64,000 nt of DNA from Eledone cirrhosa (taxonomy: Eukaryota), in NCBI GenBank assembly GCA_964016885.1, contig OZ024740.1:193068001-193132000 (forward strand). The letters are read 5' to 3'. The position numbers and the translations under genes were made by a program. Position 1 is the first letter of the stretch. Each line of letters starts with the position of its first letter. Of this stretch, positions 29,316-44,845 are shown piece after piece. The notes beneath the pieces are model-generated. The model saw only the letters and a list, made by a program, of their open reading frames with translations, searched no databases and was not told where the DNA came from.

Positions 29316-31528
29316 CTGTAAAGTGGAGTTACATATATTATATTATACTATATTTGTAAAGCAATTCAAATTTAAAATCAAAATCAAAATTAAAATTAAA
29401 ATACATGCGGCAGATAACACAGATAATGTGAGAGGAAGTTTGATAATCAGATCTAGTAGATAGTGTATGCGTTAGTCACACATGGAGCATGCAAGTGTGT
29501 CTCATTTATATACAATTACTGTGTGGCAGGGTGCTGCATGTAATGCAAGCACTTTAAGCAGGTAAGCAAGATTATTAAGGTAGGGTATTTTTTGTATAGA
29601 TCAAAAAAGTATGTGTGCAGAAAAAGAAAAAGAAAAAGAAAAAGAAAAAGAAAAAGAAAAAGAAAAAGAAAAAGAAAAAGAAAAAGAAAGTCATAGTTTT
29701 CGCATCCACCACCATTTTCACATTCAGAAAAAGGAAGAAATAATTTTTACATCCATCACATACGTTACGATGATTCCGTATTGAATGTTTGATGTATTAA
29801 ACTATTGTAGCGTATTGAGGGTCAGTGTTATTTAATCCATATTTATAGGATAGGTTATTTCTGCTGCGAGAATTTACAGTGGTTTATTACCCGGAAGTAG
29901 GTGTGTAATTAAGGGGAGTTAATGCGTAAGGGGAGGTAACTAGCTGATTCTCATAACTAAATTCATCGTTCTTCTAACACCACACCTCAATGGCATGCTT
30001 TACACCACTACACCACATTCTCTGAACCACCCCTCCCTCGACACAAATCATTCTATCTCTCTATAACTTTATACCCTAGAAATATCCCCATAAACACCAA
30101 CTTTTTATATAATTACTTTCAATTACTTATAATTATATAGTGATAGAAATATAATACAGTCTATATAAACTTTAAATACTAGATACGGCAGTGAATTATA
30201 TATGCAATTGTAATTAGATATATATATAGGATGAATTTATTAACATAAGGGATCTGTCTAACTTATATGTAGGGTGGTGCAATGAATTATATATGAATTA
30301 TATATGCATGTATAACTTGATGGATAGATTAATGACATTGTAAATGAGGGATGTATTTGTCTACGCAAGAGATGTATTTGATTTTGTCTGCAAACAGACA
30401 TACGCTGCTCCATAACTTCCCAGGGGTTATGTAGACAAAATTCTAATAGTTCCTCTGATATGTTCTGAGAGTAGACTGTATTTACAGTGAACTTTGATAT
30501 AAGGATATGGCACTTTGTATGGGAAATTCAATTATAGCACTATATAATAAAGAGTAATGAACTTCCTATAGATACCTTTAATACATCATGATAGAGTAGA
30601 CTGTATTTAAAATTGAAAATTAGATATAAATATATAACCTTTTATATAAGGGACTCAAGTGAGGCACCATATAATGTATGTTAGAACAATGAATTTAGTT
30701 ATGAGAATCAGCTAGTTACCTCACCTTACACATTAACTCCCCTTAATTACACACCTACCTCCGGGTAACCATTGTAAATTCTCGCAGCAGAAAGAACCTA
30801 TTCTATAAATATGGAGCAAATAACACTGAGCCTCAATACGCTATAATAATGTAATGCATCAAACATTCAATACGGAATCATCGTAACTTAAGTGATGGAT
30901 GTAAAAACTATACTTCCTTTTTCTGAATGTGAAAATGGTGGTGGATGCGAAAACTATAATTTTCTTTTTCTTTTTCTTTTTCTTTTTCTTTATCTTTTTC
31001 TTTTTCTTTTTCTTTTTCTTTTTCTTTTTCTTTTTCTTTTTCTTTTTCTTTTTCTGCACACATACCTTTTTGATCTATACAAACAATACCCTACCACTAC
31101 AAACATAATAATACTCTTGCTTACCGGCTTAAAGTGATTGCATTACATGTAACAGCTTGCTACACAATAATCGTATATAAATGAGACACACTTGCATGCT
31201 CCATGTGTTACTAACGCATACACTATCTACTAGATCGGATTATCAAACTATCCTCTTACATTATCTGTGTTATCTGCCGCATGTATTTTAATTTTGATTT
31301 TGATTTTAAATTTGAATTGCTGTACAAATATAGTATAGTATAATATATGTCACTCCACTGTACATCAATATATATATATATATATGTATCTGTATGTCTC
31401 CTGCGTTGGATAGGAAGTCAATTATATGTACAAGCATTGAAAAATGCTCCGAACAATCCAACCCGAGGTGTGGATGAAACAATTGTAAGTGAATAAATGC
31501 TTTGAACATAGCTTTGATTCTTGTGAAG
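29113..31528. mobile_element. Foldback-like PLE remnant with ~860-bp inverted arms
   Basis: 29113-29972 inverted vs 30684-31528, including (GAAAAA)n and (TA)n; HHR-like motif near outer ends. Confidence 0.8.
31446..31490 (+). ncRNA. Degenerate hammerhead (CCGAAGA consensus core)
   Basis: gct-CCGAACA-atcca..tggat-GAAA-caattg-TA-agt; mirror copy at ~29151-29196 reads CCGAAGA. Confidence 0.55.
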
Positions 31529-31689
31529 TCTATATAACTGCTCTGTAGAACAACTGATGTTATTACATCTATTTATCTTACTGGTAATAAGGTAGTAATT
31601 AATTACTGACCTTCCCTGTTTATAGTTTAAAATATACATAACTATAAAAAGTGTAAAATATACATAACAATAAATAGTATCCTTAATAT

Positions 31690-31770
<81 letters not shown>

Positions 31771-31866
31771 GTAGAACACTGGAAGGTAATCAGCGCAGTG
31801 GTAGAGCACTAAGTCCATGGGACGAGTTAGGTAGAAGTGGTTACACAACAGTTAGTTCACCATACC

Positions 31867-31902
31867 GAGAACAATTGTTTCACCTTATCGGATCCTCAGC
31901 TC
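31867..31902 (-). ncRNA. Minimal hammerhead ribozyme (family E)
   Basis: gag-CTGAGGA-tcc gataa ggt-GAAA-caattg-TT-ctc; abutted by inverted copy starting CTGACGA at 31903. Confidence 0.7.
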
Positions 31903-32032
31903 CTGACGATCCGCTAAGGGGAAACAATTGTTCTCGGCATGGTGAACTAAGTGTTGTGTAACCACTTCTATATATATATGTATATATATTTGTTTTGAAA
32001 GGTTTTTGATATGAAATCGTGTGTCTAAACAA

Positions 32033-33061
32033 ATATTGTTATACTTGGGGAGGTTCCTATTCTCGTAATAATGTTGCCAGAAATAATAAGAGAACATATT
32101 CACTGTTTGATTGGTTTTCGCATCTGTATCTTTTAAATATCAATAGTGAATTTATTTGGCAATCAACGTTTATCTTTGATTGACGTATGTGTTTTTTTTT
32201 GCATTCTATCTTTGTTTAGTAGAGTTTGTTTATGTGTTTGTTTTTATTGTACATGTGTATATATATATTTATTTACTTATTTATTTATATTTCCCATAAG
32301 TCAGTATTGTTTGTTAGGGTATAGTTGTTGTTGTTATTCCATTCATTTTTTCTGTTTAGCTTTGGTCTCCTTAGCCCTATCTCAGTTGCTTCTATGATTT
32401 GCCTACCTGTTGAGTCATTTCTATGTTTAGATATTATTTTAATTTCTATGTTGTCTATATTACCGTCATGTCAATGTCCGGCGTGTTCGTATAGTACTGA
32501 ATTGTTTATTTTTTTTTGTCCTTTTAGTTCTCCCCCAGGGTTGGTCTATTCTGTTTCCTATGCTTCAAGCTGTCTCACCTATGTATATCGTTGTCATGTT
32601 TCTGCAAGTACCCTCTGTACATCTTATAAACAGATGCAATAACAATAAACACATATAAACGCACACTAGTAAACGAAGATAGAATACAAAAGCAAAAACA
32701 CACGTACACGAAACATTATACACACACGCAAACGCATGCGCAGAGAGTGAGACAAGAAGAAATAAGTAAATAAATACATAATAAAATAAAAATGTCGTAG
32801 ACATACAATACAGCAGGAATAAACATAATAGTACCACCCATGATGTTGCAGATGTGCAACGAAAGAACTCATATAGACTATATATATATATATTTATATC
32901 TGTATTTTTAACCATTGGTCAATCAATGATAAACGTTGATTGCCAAATAAATCAACTATGGGGATATAAAAGATACAGAAGCCAAAAGCAACCAAACAGT
33001 GAGTGTGTTTTGATATTATTTCTAGCAATATTATTACAACAATATGACCCTCCCAAAGTAT

Positions 33062-33068
<7 letters not shown>
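32033..33068. mobile_element. PLE pseudo-LTR inverted pair (family R)
   Basis: termini atgaccctcccaaagtataacaat shared with 42731-43088 and 44130-44270; HHR 3' half gttgca/tgcaac-GAAA-gaac-TC at 32845-32870. Confidence 0.6.
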
Positions 33069-33159
<91 letters not shown>

Positions 33160-33303
33160 ATAATAAGGATTGACGGACCCATCATATTGAACAATGCCAG
33201 TACCGGTTGTATCTCAGCGCACTCAATGGGCAATGTAAGATACATTACCAGAGTATACACATAGTTATTTGCCTCAACACACGTAAAACGGGTGCATATA
33301 AGG

Positions 33304-33417
33304 TACCCAGACTCGAGTTTCTGCCGCACTAATGTAGCAGTAAGGTGCACTGCACCATCTGTCTGCATATATTATGCAACAATGCACCATCGGCTTATGC
33401 GGCTTCATCAGCGGGTA
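33304..33417 (-). ncRNA. Hammerhead ribozyme with long branched stem II
   Basis: tacccg-CTGATGA-a gccgca..tgcggc a-GAAA-ctcgag-TC-tgggta. Confidence 0.85.
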
Positions 33418-33988
33418 TCGCCTAATCAATAACCAATAACCAATTGATCGACAGAATCGAAACACGTTAAAGCGATTAGCAACTGGCAACCGATATATCT
33501 CTCAACTAGCCACCGATTTACACATTTTAAGTGGGGACGGGAAGCTAAAAAGAATCAATCTTTTAGTTCCTGTCAGAAGCCCTCAGCCATCGTGTCTCAC
33601 ACACACATTATCAAGGTGTGAAAAGATGACTATTAGAAATAGAAGTTCTCATTAATATAAAATAGAATAGTAGCATTCGATTCATGTCTCCAGGCCCCAT
33701 GTCCAGAGGAAAGCGTAGCTAACAGTGGTAGTGCCAAGAACCTTTAACGGACTTTAAATGCGATCACTATTATATAACAATATAGTAGCGAGCTGAAATG
33801 TGACAGCCACGCGCGTAGATAACCAGATTAATTCACAACTTAAAAGAGTGAGAGACATAATTAGTAGCAGGAAAAAGAGTGCATATCAAAACAAAAACAC
33901 AATAAAAAGTGAAAAATTGTTTAACTTACTGTCAATATTCCGCTCGTTGGGATATATATATATATATATATATAAGTATATATATATA

Positions 33989-34119
<131 letters not shown>

Positions 34120-34162
34120 TTATATATATATAATATATAAGATCAAATAAAACTCACCTCCT

Positions 34163-34314
<152 letters not shown>

Positions 34315-34396
34315 GTTAATCCGGGTTGAATCGGAGGTAACCACAGTAAGTAAGGTACTCAATACATAGCAGAGTATAACAGTTTTAATATAGATG

Positions 34397-34447
34397 AGAT
34401 TCTACAGGACTAGAACTGTTTCATTCTTTTGAAATCATCAGGAATCT
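34397..34447 (-). ncRNA. Type I hammerhead ribozyme (family J)
   Basis: reverse complement of 37903-37953. Confidence 0.85.
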
Positions 34448-34904
34448 GGGTATCAAAAAATAAAAATGGTATTTATAGGTCTCTACAAGTGGTAGGAGAG
34501 GGTGGGGAGTGGGATGGGTGTAGGTCATTGGTTGATAGAAAATTCATTAAAAGCTAATTCTACAAAGCTATAGTTTATTTTTATTTTTATTTTTATTTAT
34601 TTATGTTTTTAGTAACAAGGGCAGACAGAATTCTATAAACAGGTTCCGGATGGCATACCATTCCTTGTCATTAAGTTTCTCTTAAGCTAACAGATGTCTA
34701 TAAGATCAGTGGGTGGTAAGTCATGGTCAATAGAATTAAAGAAAAGGGAGATTCTTTAAAATCTAAAATCATTAAGGTTCTACCAAGTGACAAAGGTTTA
34801 GAGAATTCTGTAGACAGATTCAAAATACTGAGTGCATATCTTACAATTATCTTGGAACTTCTCTTAAACTAATCAACTATATGCCAAAAATCAACAGACA
34901 CATT

Positions 34905-37300
<2,396 letters not shown>

Positions 37301-37902
37301 AAAACACCTCTACAGGCAGAAAATGTAGATACGAAAGAGGTACTCACATAACCATAGTGGCCGTATTTCAGGTTGAAGAGGGGTGGGGGTAGGGTGGGGA
37401 GGAGGTATAGGGGCCAATAGGTGGAGGTCGTTTTTAGCTATCGGGCTTTAACACTGGCTTAAAGTGTTTGAAAGTTGCAAAGTTCTTGTGCATGCAGTTC
37501 GGGCAGTGTTCAGAGAGTTTGTTCAGTAGCGGGCCCTTGGCGAATAAAATTTCGTAGCTCTCTGAAATACAAAGGTCGCAGCCCTTGTGTCCTCCGTTGT
37601 AAGAGCGCGCTTTCTGGAGTATTTTCCATTTAAGCGTGAAGGGGGTGGAGTTCCTTTTGAGGTCCCAAACGTAGGAGGCGAGTGTTGTCTGATTTGATTT
37701 ATCCGGTCTTCTGAAGGAGTGTGTATGGGCATACCAACGGGTCTTAAAAACATAAATAAATAAAAATAAAAATAAACTATAGCTCTGTAGAATTAGCTTT
37801 TAATGAATTTTCTATCAACCAATAACCTACACCCATCCCACTCCCCACCCTCTCCTACCACTTGTAGAGACCTATAATTACCATTTTTATTTTTTGATAC
37901 CC

Positions 37903-37953
37903 AGATTCCTGATGATTTCTAAAGAATGAAACAGTTCTAGTCCTGTAGAATCT
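37903..37953 (+). ncRNA. Type I hammerhead ribozyme (family J)
   Basis: agattc-CTGATGA-tttc taaa gaat-GAAA-cag ttctagtc ctg-TA-gaatct. Confidence 0.85.
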
Positions 37954-37965
37954 CATCTATATTAA

Positions 37966-38021
<56 letters not shown>

Positions 38022-38023
<2 letters not shown>

Positions 38024-40225
38024 GGGGTAACAAGTAATAGTTAAATGCAGTCCACTTAGGTAAAGTCCAGTTATGGTATTCCAGGTAGTGGATGATATTA
38101 ACGCTTCGCTTGGTTTGACTCAACAAGGCGTTTTCATAGTAATGCTGCGGGTATGCCGTAATTCCTATGTTGTAAACACTTGGAGTAATAATAAATCAGG
38201 AAAGAAAGTTAACATGGTTTGCTATACAAAAAAAGTTTTTAATCTCAAAGCTGACATTTGTTTCTCTGAACTGGTAGGTCTAGAGATCGCTATTCGCTTA
38301 TTTTCGCGTTACTCGATCGCCAATACAAAATTATAACCAGTCAGATCTTCGGAGCATGCGAGAATGAAGAAAATACACAGGCAAGAAAAGAATATACAGG
38401 CTACTATATGAAGTAGTAATGGCATTCAATTAGAACAATAACAACTATTACAACAATGCTATTAATAAATTATTTAAGGAGACCCTGACATTACTTAGGT
38501 GGGGGGGTATATGATATATCTAACGTTACGGCGTGTAAAACTAGCTGTCATGAGGCAAAAGTAAGCGTTTGGCATGTACAGAGTATCGAAGTGTATATCA
38601 ATTTTATATTATAAAGATAAGCTAGTGTTTACAGTCTTTCTCTTCATCTTCAATAGTATACATGAGTGGGACAACACTGTCAAAGCTAAATAGTTGTTGA
38701 GTTAATACAGAGGTTAACGAAGTAATATACGCATATATTTACGCACACACACACACGCAGACACACACACACACACACACATACACACACACACACACAC
38801 ACACATGTATATATATATATATATATATATACATGCATGTGTACATAGACACATACATACACATCAATATACACTCGTACAAAAATATACATACATGCAA
38901 AGAGAAAAGCGTGCTAATTGTAATTATGGCTAAAGGAGATAAAGTTACATTGTAGTAGTGATTTGAGAAAAACTAGGACTTAGGATCAAATGATGGCAGC
39001 AGCTGAGAAGGAATAAGTTTGTGGGTAGATGAGATACTTACAGACAATTGTGAGGTATAGACTTGTGAAGGATATAGTATACTTAATGAATATAATTCTG
39101 TAGGTAATAGGTATCCTAATTTAAAGCTATGTTATGTTGGTTCGATTCACGGAGGTTTGAATCTTATGAATTTAGTGGCAATTCTATGTCTGCAGAAGAT
39201 AGATCTTTCTAACTTATTGTTAAGTAGCCTTTTTACATTTTTGAGGATATACAATAGCTCAAGATCACATAGCCCGCAGTGGGACATCCCTGTACTATAG
39301 GTTTTAGCAGCCGACAACTTCGACCAGTTGATACTGTAGTTAGTGTTGCTGTCCTTCAATTCCCATATTTTTTTGGCGAGGGTTGTGGAACCCATAAGTG
39401 CACGGTTTTTCATTGAGTGTCTGTGCACATACCATCTTTTTTTAAAAGAACCCGCGGTGGATCCTATGTAATTCCAGGTGGAGTGAGCCGAGATGACAGT
39501 GCACATGTACACCAGGCTCGAATCGAGACATCTGTTCGCCAATGGGCACCTATCTGGGAGGTGACAGTTACAGTTTGAGGCGCTATTTTGTGCAGCTTTT
39601 ACATTCCTGTTTAGTACTCTGTTATAAGTGGGTTACGATATATGCCCAATGGGGTTTTGCTGCTGCGCGTTTGTATGCGCTTGTGGTTGTGATGTTGTGA
39701 TGTGTTTGTGCTTATATATAGGTGCAGTTGATTTACTAGAGATATTTCTGTGGTTGATCTTTCGTATGTGTGATTCTACGTTAGCTGCTGTTGAGAATGA
39801 GAGTTTTATAGTAGATCTATTGAGTATTTTGTGATATCTATGCGAGATAGGGAAATGTTTATCTATTAGTTTAAAGAATGTAGAGGGTAGTCTAGTTTTT
39901 ATAGAGGAGTTGAATATTGGGTTGAACCATAGGTATTTTCTTTGTCTGTTTCTTCTATTGTTTCTTGGGTTTACGTTATTAGTGTTTTGGCCGTTTACTC
40001 CAGGTGTTACGTGTCTAACCCTATGTCTAGTCAAGCTATTCATATTATTATGTGAGCGGTTGGAGTAGAAATTACTAGGATTGTTTATGTTGTCCTTATT
40101 CATTATATACTGCAGTTTATCTTTATGACCGGCCCTACGTAATGCTGCATTATAATAGTCAGCATGCTCGTTAAAGATTTCTAGGTTTGAGGATAAGCGG
40201 GATATTCGGAGGGATTTTATATATA
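38022..40225 (-). mobile_element. 5'-truncated PLE (Nematis/Hydra-like)
   Basis: ORFs 39633-40241 (ISRLSSN, WFNPIF, KHFP..HRYHKILNR) and 39147-39542 (LVYMC..YIGST..FKKRW..H..IWELK..CGLC..E..CRH); HHR in 3' terminus. Confidence 0.85.
38250..38355 (-). ncRNA. Hammerhead ribozyme, CCGAAGA core, long stem II
   Basis: gct-CCGAAGA-tctgactggt..accagttcaga-GAAA-caaatg-TC-agc. Confidence 0.7.
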
Positions 40226-40349
40226 TACGGAAATAAAACATATGTATATATATATATATGACACAAGAAAGAGATCAACAATTAATACATCATTTATTCG
40301 ATCTACATGTATTTCATTCTCTAAAAATATTTTTATATATAACATATAA

Positions 40350-40996
40350 ATATAAACGGAACAAATGAAAGAAATTTAATTTCCCACTCTTAGTACGGCT
40401 GTTACTTAAATATAAGTATGTACACGTACATACATATATGTATACAGACGTACAGTAGTATGTATATATATATACATACATGCACACATATATATATGTA
40501 CGTATGGATTCACCGAACATTTATTATAATGCTCGGTGTGTTTGTAAACAAACATCCCGTATTACGCCGTAGTGTCTAGCAACCATCGTTGCTCGTTTGT
40601 TCAACACTGACAAAGGAACGCAATACTAGTTTCAAGCTTATTAGCTATCGTCAGCAACGTATACCTTCCTGCCAGATTATTGAACGTATATACTTACCTT
40701 ATGCACATTAACGGCTGAGTAGCCTAATTTGCATATCGAGTGGGTTAATCGGATGGGTTCACCGAAAACGATAAACGGAAAAAATGAAAGAAATTTCATT
40801 TCCCACTCTTAGTACATCTGTTACTTATATATAAGTATGTACACGTACATATATATATTTATACAGACGTACGATAGTATGTATATATATATACATACAT
40901 GCACACATATATATATATATATATACGTATGGATTCGCCGAACATTTATTATAATGCTCGGTGTGTTTGTAAACAAACATCCCGTATTAAGCCGTA
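40350..40996 (-). repeat. ~420-bp pseudo-LTR unit, ~1.5 tandem copies (family Q)
   Basis: 40354-40565 repeated at 40774-40996; related inverted copies at 61300-61980. Confidence 0.75.
40619..40659 (-). ncRNA. Minimal hammerhead ribozyme (family Q)
   Basis: cgttg-CTGACGA-tagct aata agctt-GAAA-ctag-TA-ttgcg; degraded copy ~61528-61566. Confidence 0.65.
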
Positions 40997-41374
40997 TAAA
41001 TATAGTTTAATATACCGCCCGAAAGTATTGTAAAATATATTTTTAGAGAATGATACTCATGTAGATAACATAAATAATGTTTTAATTGTTGAAACTTCGT
41101 GATATTTTACTTTTGTTAATATATGATCTCTGATTATATATCTAGGTTGACCGGAAATAAAACAGATGGATTTACCTCTGACATACCTATCGCTATTCTA
41201 GATATCGAATAAACCACATATGATGTTTAAATACCTGAATGCCTTGCTGCTGTATTATTGATTTTCTCAATGGCAAGGAATTCAGTCCACGCTTTGCTAT
41301 TTTCTATCCACTGAATTATTTTTTAATAAGTTTCCAGAGTCCACGCTTTGCCTGGATACTTAGATGAGAATAGT

Positions 41375-41454
41375 CTTCCCTGACGACGGAATGATTATTT
41401 ATGTTTTCTTCGGAAAATATATTTATTCCATTCCAGAAACTAATTAGTCGGAAG
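41375..41454 (+). ncRNA. Hammerhead ribozyme (family G, unit 1, GUC site)
   Basis: cttcc-CTGACGA-c ggaatg..cattcc a-GAAA-ctaattag-TC-ggaag. Confidence 0.8.
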
Positions 41455-41896
41455 TGATATTTTAGTAAGTAAGTTAATTTTATAATTTTCGTATTTTACG
41501 TCTCTCATATTATTGTTCTGCAACCCCATGCATTGAACCACAAAGTTACTAAGACAAAACCTATATATTTGCTAGCATTGATATGCATCTGTATGTATAT
41601 ATATGTTACTAGATATTAATTCTTTATAATTATCTCCAAATTATTTGTCGAGCAATATTGGCCATGAATGCTGCTATGGTAGCAGGCAGGCCGCTGTCTT
41701 ATTAGCAAACCACTTTCCCCTGATTGACCTCGATGTCACGTGATTGATTCTTTTTGAATTTGCCACCGACGCAGGGGCAGTGATTTTCTCAATGGCTAGG
41801 AATTCAGTCCACGCTTTGCTATTTTCTATCCACTGAATTATTTTTTAATAAGTTTCCAGCGTCCTCGCTTTGCCTGGAAACTTAGATGAGAATAGT

Positions 41897-41976
41897 CTTC
41901 CCTGACGACGGAATGATTCTGCATGTTTTCTTCGGAACATATATTTATTCCATTCCAGAAACTAATTAGTTGGAAG
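41897..41976 (+). ncRNA. Hammerhead ribozyme (family G, unit 2, GUU site)
   Basis: as unit 1, +522 bp. Confidence 0.78.
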
Positions 41977-42418
41977 TGATATTTTAGTAAGTAAGTTAAT
42001 TTTATAATTTTCTCATTTTACGTCTCTCATATTATTGTTCTGCAACCCCATGCATTGAACCACAAAGTTACTAAGACAAAACCTATATATTTGCTAGCAT
42101 TGATATGCATCTGTATGTATATATATGTTACTAGATATTAATTCTTTATAATTATCTCCAAATTATTTGTCGAGCAATATTGGCCATGACTGCTGCTATG
42201 GTAGCAGGCAGGCCGCTGTCTTATTAGCAAACCACTTTCCCCTGATTGCCCTCGATGTCACGTGATTGATTCTTTTTGAATTTGCCACCGACGCAGGGGC
42301 AGTGATTTTCTCAATGGCTAGGAATTCAGTCCACGCTTTGCTATTTTCTATCCACTGAATTATTTTTTAATAAGTTTCCAGCGTCCTCGCTTTGCCTGGA
42401 AACTTAGATGAGAATAGT

Positions 42419-42498
42419 CTTCCCTGACGACGGAATGATTCTGCATGTTTTCTTCGGAACATATATTTATTCCATTCCAGAAACTAATTAGTTGGAAG
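42419..42498 (+). ncRNA. Hammerhead ribozyme (family G, unit 3, GUU site)
   Basis: as unit 2, +522 bp. Confidence 0.78.
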
Positions 42499-42665
42499 TG
42501 ATATTTTAGTAAGTAAGTTAATTTTATAATTTTCTCATTTTACGTCTCTCATATTATTGTTCTGCAACCCCATGCATTGAACCACAAAGTTACTAAGACA
42601 AAACCTATATATTTGCTAGCATTGATATGCATCTGTATGTATATATATGTTACTAGATATTAATT

Positions 42666-42730
<65 letters not shown>

Positions 42731-42732
<2 letters not shown>

Positions 42733-43088
42733 TATTGTTATATTTTAGGAGGGTCATGTTGCAAATAAGAAACACACACACCAGTTGCTTTCACTCTAAT
42801 TTATTATGAATTAAATTTATAAATTTAAGAAATTATAAATTTCCGGTATGACAGAACAAAGGAGAGGCACAAAACAAAGAGAAGGATCCCGAGTCAGTGA
42901 AGAGGTCACATAATGTGTGACGAAAGAACTTTGACAATATATGAATAACCGTCTGGTTTTGGAACAAACCAACCAACCGGAAATTTATGAATTCTTAAAT
43001 TTATACATTTAATTTATGATAAATTGGAGTGAAATATCTGGTGCGTGTTTTTCTTATTGGCAACATGACCCTCCCAAAGTATAACAAT
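42731..43088. mobile_element. PLE pseudo-LTR inverted pair with HHR remnant
   Basis: 42731-42846 inverted vs 42976-43088; gtca-GTGAAGA-ggtcac..gtgac-GAAA-gaac-TT-tgac at 42893-42935. Confidence 0.65.
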
Positions 43089-43119
43089 CCCGGTTTCAAC
43101 ACACGTTTTCAGAAACAAT

Positions 43120-43197
<78 letters not shown>

Positions 43198-43198
43198 G

Positions 43199-43278
<80 letters not shown>

Positions 43279-44340
43279 GTTAGGTGAATGAAACTGAGAC
43301 TTCAAATTGTTTTTATCTATCTTATTAGCGAATGACTGTTTGTTTTAGATATCAGACATATCTTATTGATAGGCTGTGCATTTAAGCCTTTATTTGGTCA
43401 TGAGCAATAAATTCAGAGAAACACATCAACTAACGAATGGGCCTCTTTCTAGTCATTTAATCTACTAAAAATAGCATCCATATATATTGAATAACACCCC
43501 TGAAATTACAACTCGCTATCTTTATTAAGTAAAGAATACATTTGATAATGTAGTTTCAGAAACCCTTAAGCAACATTTAAAGCGCACTAAAATACAATTA
43601 AGCATACATCATTGTATTCAGATATTTTCTGAGACTAAATATCACGAACAGGTACAACAATATTACAAACAGGATTTTGTACATTTGAATCAAATCCAGA
43701 TTGTATAAGATATTGAACAGCAATTTGCGACAGTTGGATTATATTGTGTACAAAATCACATTGCTAAAAGGAGATAGCGTGTGTAGCGTTCATTGTCGCT
43801 TGCCCTGCTAGGTATTGTAGCCATATATATCTTACATCTGTACTTAACTTTTAAAATAATAGGAAAAGACGAATTAGACAAAGTTAGATTAGATATTGCA
43901 TTCAGTGATGTAAAACAAGAGAATGGCCAATGATGGAACGTCTTTAGTCAAATTGATTAAAATTAACTCAAACCTAAACGGCACCAAAAATTAAAAAATT
44001 ATTTAATTCAGCCTTAACGTTTAACACTGCTATTTGTTTCATTAACATCATTGATCTGACACTGCTGTGTGAATAAAGCGTTCAGTGTCATAAGCACATG
44101 GATATCTATAGTTTACTTAAAGAAATGATATATTGTATTTTTATATTTGCGGCGGGTCATGTTCTCCAAAAGTTGCGAAAAATAATAAAATACACTCAAT
44201 GTTTGGTTTGGTTTTCGCTTTAATTCAGTATGTCTATATGTTCATAAATAATTTAGCTGACAATCATTGATTGACCAACAGGAACGTACTTTTTCCACAA
44301 TTTGGATTGCCTCGGAAACATAACCTTATTATGTAACAAT

Positions 44341-44412
44341 CTGTCTGATGATGTCACGACACTCGCACACAGAACAGTGTGGCCAGTGTCGTCATTGAAA
44401 TATATATCACAG
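44341..44412 (+). ncRNA. Hammerhead ribozyme
   Basis: ctgt-CTGATGA-..acgacact/agtgtcgt..-GAAA-tatata-TC-acag. Confidence 0.75.
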
Positions 44413-44431
44413 CATTATTATTAAAGGACTT

Positions 44432-44588
44432 TCTAGCATAGACTTTCTAGCATAGAGTTACGTCCCTTTATGGACTGGGTTCAAATCCCTCCAAGGTTAA
44501 CTTTGCCTTTCATCCTTACGGGGTCGATAAAATAAAGTACCAGTAATGTACTGGGTAATTGCTGGCCTTGTGTCAAAAGTAGAAACAA
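44432..44588 (+). mobile_element. tRNA-derived SINE (octopus-type) with 17-bp target-site duplication
   Basis: B-box ggttcaaatcc, body actttgcctttcatcct..ggggtcgataaaataaagtaccagt; ttattattaaaggactt at 44415 and 44589. Confidence 0.75.
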
Positions 44589-44779
44589 TTATTATTAAAG
44601 GACTTGAACATCTGAAACTACTTCGCTTTTCCTTATTCGATATTTACTCCTTCACTCTTATGTGGAAAAAGTACGTTGAGTGCTTGAATTGAATTGCATC
44701 AATATTTACCCTAATATATATATATATATATATATTAATTCAAAATATTAATAAATATAGACATTCATGTAATCAAATA

Positions 44780-44845
44780 TATTTTATTATATATATTTCA
44801 GAGGTACTGTGCTGTTTCCTCAGTACGTCCTCATCAGATAAAATA
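44780..44845 (-). ncRNA. Minimal hammerhead ribozyme (family T)
   Basis: reverse complement of 47691-47756. Confidence 0.8.

Larger units (their letters stand above)
41259..42666 (+). repeat. 522-bp tandem array (~2.7 units), one hammerhead per unit
   Basis: identical landmarks at 41261/41783/42305 and 41720/42242. Confidence 0.92.
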
